Shown here: positions 58,671 through 64,000 of the stretch, one piece after another
Layout: each line of letters begins with the position of its first letter
Position numbering within the stretch: position 1 is the first letter of the stretch
Assembly: GCA_036338695.1 (NCBI GenBank)
Contig: JAYZBQ010000048.1
Location: 96,001-160,000, forward strand
Reading direction: 5' to 3'
Source: Myxococcota bacterium
GTDB lineage: Bacteria; Myxococcota; UBA4151
Length of the DNA: 64,000 nt
Program-made: the position numbers and the translations under genes
Notes under the pieces: generated by a model
Seen by the model: only the letters and a program-made list of their open reading frames with translations
What the model was told of the DNA's origin: nothing
The model's database searches: none

Positions 58671-60284
58671 CTACTTTTTGGTTTTTGCGACCTTTTCGGG
58701 GCGCGTCCACGTCGTGGGTCCACCGTGGAGCGGCAAGCTCGAGAGCGCCTCGATGATCTGGTCAACCGCCTTGTTGGCGCGCCGCGTCGAGACGCTCAAG
58801 CCATTGACCAACACCGTAAACGCAACGACGACGCGGTCGCGGCTCATCACATAACCGCTCAACGCCGTCACGCCCGTCAACGTACCGGTCTTGGCGCGCA
58901 CTTTGTGATGAACCGCCTCACCGGTCAGGCGCTTTCGAACGGTCCCCGTTGCGCCGGAGACGCCCAAGCTTGGGATCAGCTCGTAGGCGATCTCACGTGT
59001 CCGATAGATGTAATCGAGCAAGCGCACCACGAGCGCCGCCGAGAAGCGGTTGGTGTCGTTCAAGCCCGAGCCGTTGCGCATCAGGTACTGATCAGGCGCC
59101 ACCCCAAGCTCCTCCTTGAGGAACCGCTGCACTGCCTCGACCCCGTTACTCCACGAGCCAGGCTCCTTGAAAACCACGGCGCCGAGGCTCTTGAGGATCA
59201 TCTCAGCCACCAGGTTGTTCGAGTACTTGTTCAGATCATCGAGGATCTCAGAGAGCCGGCGCGACACAAAGGTGTGGAAGCGCTCAGCGCCTTTGGGGAC
59301 CTGCCCGACGCGCACCGTACCCCCGACCTTAATGCCGCGACGCAAAAGCATATCACGGAAGGTAAACCCGGCGTAGAGCGGCGGATTATCGACCTTTCTC
59401 CAGATCACCTTCGGGTTCTGGTCTGCGCCGATCCAACCGCGCGCCCTAAGCGCTTGCCGCCCCTTGTTCGCCGCCGCCTTCGAGCCGACCATCAAGTACT
59501 GCCCAACCCCTCGGCGCGTGGCGATCTTCCCGTCGAGCTCGACGTAGGGGGTATCGGGCTCCACCGACACCACCGCAGAGGCGCCAGGTTTCTCCCCCGG
59601 TCGGATGTGCACGCCCACGGCGTTGAAGTTGACCGACATGGCGCCTACCGGAGCCATGTACGCAAAATCGGTGTTCTCCATATCAAAGCCGGGACCCACG
59701 CGCTCTTGATCAAAGAAGGACTCGTCGATGATCAGATCCCCCTTCACCTCACGCAGCCCCAGATGATGTAGCTCCGTGACCCAAAGCCACAACCGCTCCG
59801 TAACCAACGTCGGGTCACCGCCGCCCTTGATGTAGAGGTTTCCGTTGAGCACCCCCGAAGACAGCTGCTCGGGTTTGAGCCAGACCGTCGACTCGAATCG
59901 GTACTCAGGCTTGAGATAATGGAGCGCTGCGGCGCCGGTGAACAGCTTGACCACCGAAGCCGGGTTCAACAACGCGTTAGGCCGATACGCAAAGATCGTT
60001 CGCCCGCGGTTAAGATCCACGGCGACCATCCCGACCTTTGCCTTGCGCAGAATCGGACCTTCGAGCGCCTCGATGATCGCCTGGCCAGCGGTCTTGCCCT
60101 CGATCGCTGGCTGGCTCGCCAAATTGCTCGACGCATCCCCGAGATCGCTGCTGACGCTCTGGTTGGCCTGAGCCATTAAATCATGAGTGAATTCAGGTGT
60201 CACCGGCACACTCGGCGGAACGGGCACAGGCGTAGCGAGCACGGGCGCCATGACCGAAAGGCACAAGCCGACCAGTCCACTCAT
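58671..60284 (-). CDS. dacB: D-Ala-D-Ala carboxypeptidase/endopeptidase PBP4 (S13)
   Basis: PASVVK (SxxK), GGGDPTL, SNN, NGSGL, AKTGTL; signal peptide from ATG 60284. Confidence 0.93.
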   Translation of the reverse strand: MSGLVGLCLSVMAPVLATPVPVPPSVPVTPEFTHDLMAQANQSVSSDLGDASSNLASQPAIEGKTAGQAIIEALEGPILRKAKVGMVAVDLNRGRTIFAYRPNALLNPASVVKLFTGAAALHYLKPEYRFESTVWLKPEQLSSGVLNGNLYIKGGGDPTLVTERLWLWVTELHHLGLREVKGDLIIDESFFDQERVGPGFDMENTDFAYMAPVGAMSVNFNAVGVHIRPGEKPGASAVVSVEPDTPYVELDGKIATRRGVGQYLMVGSKAAANKGRQALRARGWIGADQNPKVIWRKVDNPPLYAGFTFRDMLLRRGIKVGGTVRVGQVPKGAERFHTFVSRRLSEILDDLNKYSNNLVAEMILKSLGAVVFKEPGSWSNGVEAVQRFLKEELGVAPDQYLMRNGSGLNDTNRFSAALVVRLLDYIYRTREIAYELIPSLGVSGATGTVRKRLTGEAVHHKVRAKTGTLTGVTALSGYVMSRDRVVVAFTVLVNGLSVSTRRANKAVDQIIEALSSLPLHGGPTTWTRPEKVAKTKK

Positions 60285-60342
60285 ACGCCAGAGCCAATTG
60301 CTGGCTTGGCCCGCGGGGCGTTGCTCTGCTAACCAGCCGCCT

Positions 60343-62016
60343 ATGATTCGCCTGCTCACCTTATGCTCCCTTCTTGTGAGCGCCTGCGCGCCGGGCCCTG
60401 CGGCTCAGTCGGAGCACCGCCTGAGCGTCTTGATCTCGGACCCGCCCGAGTCGCTGGACCCACGCCGAGGAAGCTCGGCGGTTGAGATGCGGGTGCAGGA
60501 GCTGCTCTTTCGCGGGCTGGTCAAAGTCGCCGACGACCTGAGCGTTGTCGAGGACTTGGCTGAGTCGATCCGCGTTGAAGAAGCACAGCACCTGATCATC
60601 ACCCTCAAGAAGAAGATTTCATTCCACACGTGTTTTGACGGCACACCCGGCGGGACGCTTAAGGCGAAAGATGTCATCTACTCGTATCAGAGCCTGCGCG
60701 ACCCGGCGGTGCAAAGCCGCAAACAGCGGATTCTCGCGGACGTCGATCGCATCGACACCCCGGATCCCGAAGGGCTCGAGGTCCACATCCACCTGCGCAA
60801 ACCGATCGCGTCGTGGTTGGGCGAGAACGGCACCCTCGGAATCGTCGAGGCAGCCTGCGCCCAAAAGGACGCCAAGGCCTTTGCTCGAGCGCCGGCTGGA
60901 ACGGGCGCATTCGCCTTTGAGCGTCGCGACGCTGATCGACGCATCTTGCTCAAGCGTTTCGACGCGAGCGTCGCGTTCGAACAGATCGAACTACGGGTCG
61001 TTGCGGACGAAACCAGCCGCATCCTCGAGCTGCTCAAAGGGCGCGCCGACGTGCTCACGGTGACGCCATCTCGGCCCCTGCTCGCGCCCCTGCAGCGACG
61101 CGACGAGCTCGAGCTGATCAGCGCGCCTGGCAACGGCTACTCCTACCTTGCCTTCAACCTGCGACTTCCGGAGCTAAGCGACGTGCGTATCCGCCGCGCC
61201 GTGGCGCTGGCGATCGACCGGGCGGCGATTATCGAACACAAGTACCTCGGGCTGGCGCGCCCGAGCGCTGCGATGACGCCGCCTGACCACTGGGCGCATC
61301 CCAAGGGGCTGGCGCCCACAGAGCACGACCCTCGCAAGGCAGCCGCCTTACTCAGCGCCGCCGGGTGGTACGCCAACCCCGAACTGCTCGATACGCCACC
61401 CACCACAAGCGAGCGACCGAAGCTGACGCTGGAAATGCGAACCACCCCTGAAAAATTTGGGCGAGCGTTGAGCCTGGTGCTGCAACAACAGTTGCGCCAC
61501 GTCGGCATCGACCTGGTCCTGCGCGTCAACGACTGGGGGACGCTCTACAGCCAAGTCAAGAAGGGCAACTTTCAGCTCGTTCGGATGGAGTGGATCCCCG
61601 TCCTCTCGCCCGCTCTGCTCGACTGGGTTTTCCACTCGCATGCGCAGCCGGACCAAGCTGGTGCGTGCGCAACCGCCGCCGACTGTCCCGGCGGTGCGGC
61701 GCCCGGCGCCTCGACCAGCCACGCGCGTTACAACTGCTCGAGCGGTATCTGCAAACGCAACGGCGGCAACCGCGGAGGCTACAGCAACCCGCGCGTCGAT
61801 GCGCTCCTCAACTCAGCGCTCCAAGAGAGCGACCCGGATCAGCAGCGACAACGCTACGACAAAGTACAGCGGATCCTAGCGCGCGAGCTCCCCTACGTCA
61901 GCTTGTGGCATGAAGACCGCGTCTGGATCGTTCGAAAGCCGTGGCAGGGTATCTCGCTCAAGCCATCAGGATCGTTCCACGGGCTCCTGACCGCCAAGAG
62001 GACGAAGGCGCCATGA
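60343..62016 (+). CDS. ABC transporter substrate-binding lipoprotein, family 5 (peptide/nickel)
   Basis: VSAC lipobox; SLDP, GTGAF, YLAFN, RRAVALAIDR, NRGGYSNPRVD. Confidence 0.92.
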   Translation: MIRLLTLCSLLVSACAPGPAAQSEHRLSVLISDPPESLDPRRGSSAVEMRVQELLFRGLVKVADDLSVVEDLAESIRVEEAQHLIITLKKKISFHTCFDGTPGGTLKAKDVIYSYQSLRDPAVQSRKQRILADVDRIDTPDPEGLEVHIHLRKPIASWLGENGTLGIVEAACAQKDAKAFARAPAGTGAFAFERRDADRRILLKRFDASVAFEQIELRVVADETSRILELLKGRADVLTVTPSRPLLAPLQRRDELELISAPGNGYSYLAFNLRLPELSDVRIRRAVALAIDRAAIIEHKYLGLARPSAAMTPPDHWAHPKGLAPTEHDPRKAAALLSAAGWYANPELLDTPPTTSERPKLTLEMRTTPEKFGRALSLVLQQQLRHVGIDLVLRVNDWGTLYSQVKKGNFQLVRMEWIPVLSPALLDWVFHSHAQPDQAGACATAADCPGGAAPGASTSHARYNCSSGICKRNGGNRGGYSNPRVDALLNSALQESDPDQQRQRYDKVQRILARELPYVSLWHEDRVWIVRKPWQGISLKPSGSFHGLLTAKRTKAP

Positions 62017-62945
62017 CCTTCATCGGACTCATCGGTCGTAAACTCCTGGCCCGCCTACCCGGTGTGCTCGGCGTCATGCTCGGAGCGAGCCTCCTTGTGA
62101 GCGCCACCTTACGGCTCGTACCCGGCGACCCCGTCACGCTGATCCTCGGTGAGCAGGCGACTGAGGCCGACCGAGCCCGGCTCGAAGATCGGCTCGGGCT
62201 CAACGCGAGCTTCGCAAGCCAATACGTCCGCTTCCTCAGCGACGTCACCAGCGGCAGCCTCGAGAGTTTCCGAAGCGACACACCCGTCTTCGAGGCCATC
62301 GGTCAAGCGCTGCCACAGACCCTTATCCTGAGCATCTTCGCGTTGCTGCTGTCCGCGAGCTTGGGGCTTAGCCTGGGCATCGCCGCGGCGCTCCATCGCG
62401 GCACATGGCTCGATGCGGGCGCGCTCTTTTTCGCCTCCATCGGGTTAGCGACCCCGCGCATCTGGCTTGGGCCGATGCTGCTCTTGCTGTTTGCGGTGCA
62501 GTGGGATCTCTTTCCCGTCGGTGGCAACGAGGGCTGGTCCTCGCTGGTGCTGCCGGTGCTGAGCCTCGGGACAGCGATGGCGGCGATGCTGGCACGTATG
62601 ACCCGCTCGAGCCTGCTCGAAGTGCTCGGTATGGACTACATCCGGACGGCGCGCGCCAAAGGGCTGAGCGAGCGCGTCGTGGTCGGTCGCCACGCACTAC
62701 GCAACGCGCTCATCCCGGTGATCACCATCTTGGGGCTCCAGCTGGGCTCCCTGCTCGCGGGCGCCGTGGTGACGGAAAAAATCTTTAACTGGCCGGGCAT
62801 CGGGACGCTGCTGCTCAAGTCCATTCAGACGATGGACTTCCCGATGGTCCAAGGGTGCATTCTCGTGATCGCTGGGACCTACGTGATCACGAACCTGATC
62901 GTCGACATCATCTACGAGGTCGTCGACCCGAGGATGAAGACATGA
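62013..62945 (+). CDS. Oligopeptide-type ABC permease (OppB/DppB-like)
   Basis: PGDP, DYIRTARAKGL EAA loop, HALRNALIPV, DPR C-terminus; ATGA coupling. Confidence 0.93.
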   Translation: MTFIGLIGRKLLARLPGVLGVMLGASLLVSATLRLVPGDPVTLILGEQATEADRARLEDRLGLNASFASQYVRFLSDVTSGSLESFRSDTPVFEAIGQALPQTLILSIFALLLSASLGLSLGIAAALHRGTWLDAGALFFASIGLATPRIWLGPMLLLLFAVQWDLFPVGGNEGWSSLVLPVLSLGTAMAAMLARMTRSSLLEVLGMDYIRTARAKGLSERVVVGRHALRNALIPVITILGLQLGSLLAGAVVTEKIFNWPGIGTLLLKSIQTMDFPMVQGCILVIAGTYVITNLIVDIIYEVVDPRMKT

Positions 62946-63739
62946 ACCTCCTCCTCAAAATAGGTCTCGGCGGCTTTGCGCTCATCGTCACCGCTGCGCT
63001 CTTGGGACCGTTCCTCGCGCCGTTTGCGCCCGAGCATATGGACATCACACGGGAGCTGCTCCCGCCCGGAAGTGGTGCCGTCCTCGGCACCGGCGTCAAC
63101 GGAATCGACGTCTTCTCGTGGGTGCTGCACGGCGCTGCGATCAGCCTCACCGTCGGCCTCTCGGTCGTGCTCGTGAGCCTGACGATCGGCTTGGTGATGG
63201 GCGCGACCGCTGGCTACTTTGGTGGGCGGTTTGATTTCCTCTTAATGCGCATCATCGACGTCTTGCTCGCCTTTCCGGGGATCTTGCTCGCCATCTACAT
63301 CGCTGCCGTGCTCCCGCCGAGCTTGACCAACGTGATCTTAGCGCTCTCGGCGACCGGATGGGTGGGCTACGCCCGCTTGGTTCGAGGTCAGGTGCTTCAG
63401 GTCCGAGAGATGGAATACGTCCAAGCTTGTCGAGCCATGGGCATGCGCTCACCGAGGATCATCCTCCGGCACATCCTGCCCAACATCGCTGGACCGGTCT
63501 TGGTACACGGCAGCTTCGGTCTAGGGGGCGCCATCCTCGGCGAGGCAGCGCTAAGCTTCCTCGGCCTCGGCGTTGCCCCCGGGACCCCGAGCTGGGGCGC
63601 GCTGCTCGACGACGGCGCCCAATACCTGCTCGTTGCGCCCCACCTCGCCGTGGCGCCAGGGCTCGCCATCTTGATCGCCGTCTTATCGTTCAACTTTTTA
63701 GGTGATGGTCTGCGCGATCATCTGGATGTCCGCTCATGA
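62942..63739 (+). CDS. Oligopeptide-type ABC permease (OppC/DppC-like)
   Basis: LGT...G.D, EYVQACRAMG, HILPN, LSFLGLG...PSWG, NFLGDGLRD. Confidence 0.93.
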   Translation: MNLLLKIGLGGFALIVTAALLGPFLAPFAPEHMDITRELLPPGSGAVLGTGVNGIDVFSWVLHGAAISLTVGLSVVLVSLTIGLVMGATAGYFGGRFDFLLMRIIDVLLAFPGILLAIYIAAVLPPSLTNVILALSATGWVGYARLVRGQVLQVREMEYVQACRAMGMRSPRIILRHILPNIAGPVLVHGSFGLGGAILGEAALSFLGLGVAPGTPSWGALLDDGAQYLLVAPHLAVAPGLAILIAVLSFNFLGDGLRDHLDVRS

Positions 63740-64000
63740 ACCCTTCTCGTCAGCTCGCGATGCGCACACTTATGATCGGCTTCGACGGCACGTCGCTCCC
63801 CGAGCACGTCGGGTCATGGATCGATCAGGGGCTCGGAGGCGTGATCCTGTTCCGCCGCAACATCGAGTCGCTCGAACAATTGATCGCCCTGAACGGAGAG
63901 ATCCTCGGGCGACAGCGTGCGCTCATGCTCGGGGTCGACGAAGAGGGCGGGCGCGTGCGCCGGCTGCGCGGCATCACCTCCGACCTACCACCGATGGCGG
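63736..64000 (+). CDS. nagZ: Beta-N-acetylhexosaminidase (GH3), 5' part only
   Basis: Not in the ORF track. Manual translation gives MIGFDG...GGVILFRRNI...GVDEEGGRVRRL; ATGA coupling to the permease. Confidence 0.88.
   Translation, partial: MNPSRQLAMRTLMIGFDGTSLPEHVGSWIDQGLGGVILFRRNIESLEQLIALNGEILGRQRALMLGVDEEGGRVRRLRGITSDLPPMA

Overview
GC-rich, gene-dense chromosomal window. It is most likely from a Myxococcota/deltaproteobacterial organism (inferred from a pilB-pilT-pilC-pilS-pilR cluster, a MYXO-CTERM-like tail, myxococcal Cys-rich repeats, PEGA/FGE proteins and a DUF4388-type regulator). Much of it is housekeeping: purF, phosphomannomutase, pyrD, def, fsa/tal, PBP1A, aspartate kinase, lnt, tolQ, HU, lolA, aroE, ribF, sspB, yacG, dnaB, radC, ssb, dacB, an Opp-type ABC transporter and nagZ. 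Four accessory blocks stand out. (1) 9.4-18.4 kb, minus strand: PqqD/RRE, a giant Ig-repeat/FG-GAP lipoprotein, an unannotated 39-aa YxxP precursor-like peptide, an HprK-like kinase and an S26 peptidase-GNAT fusion. This is a candidate undescribed RiPP-like peptide-modification system tied to a surface adhesin and the best novelty candidate here. (2) boxR/boxC/boxB aerobic benzoyl-CoA catabolism without boxA. (3) An operon of Cys-rich surface proteins: S8 protease with MYXO-CTERM-like tail, Cys-rich lipoprotein, PEGA protein, FGE-domain protein. (4) A lidless Hsp70 plus J-domain module divergent from a pseudo-receiver. There is also a highly structured intergenic region with a plus-strand terminator where pilA would normally follow pilR. 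I recognised no rRNA, tRNA, CRISPR array or mobile element. All calls come from reading motifs by eye; no database searches were run. Several start codons were moved from the ORF track using RBS and stop/start overlap evidence.
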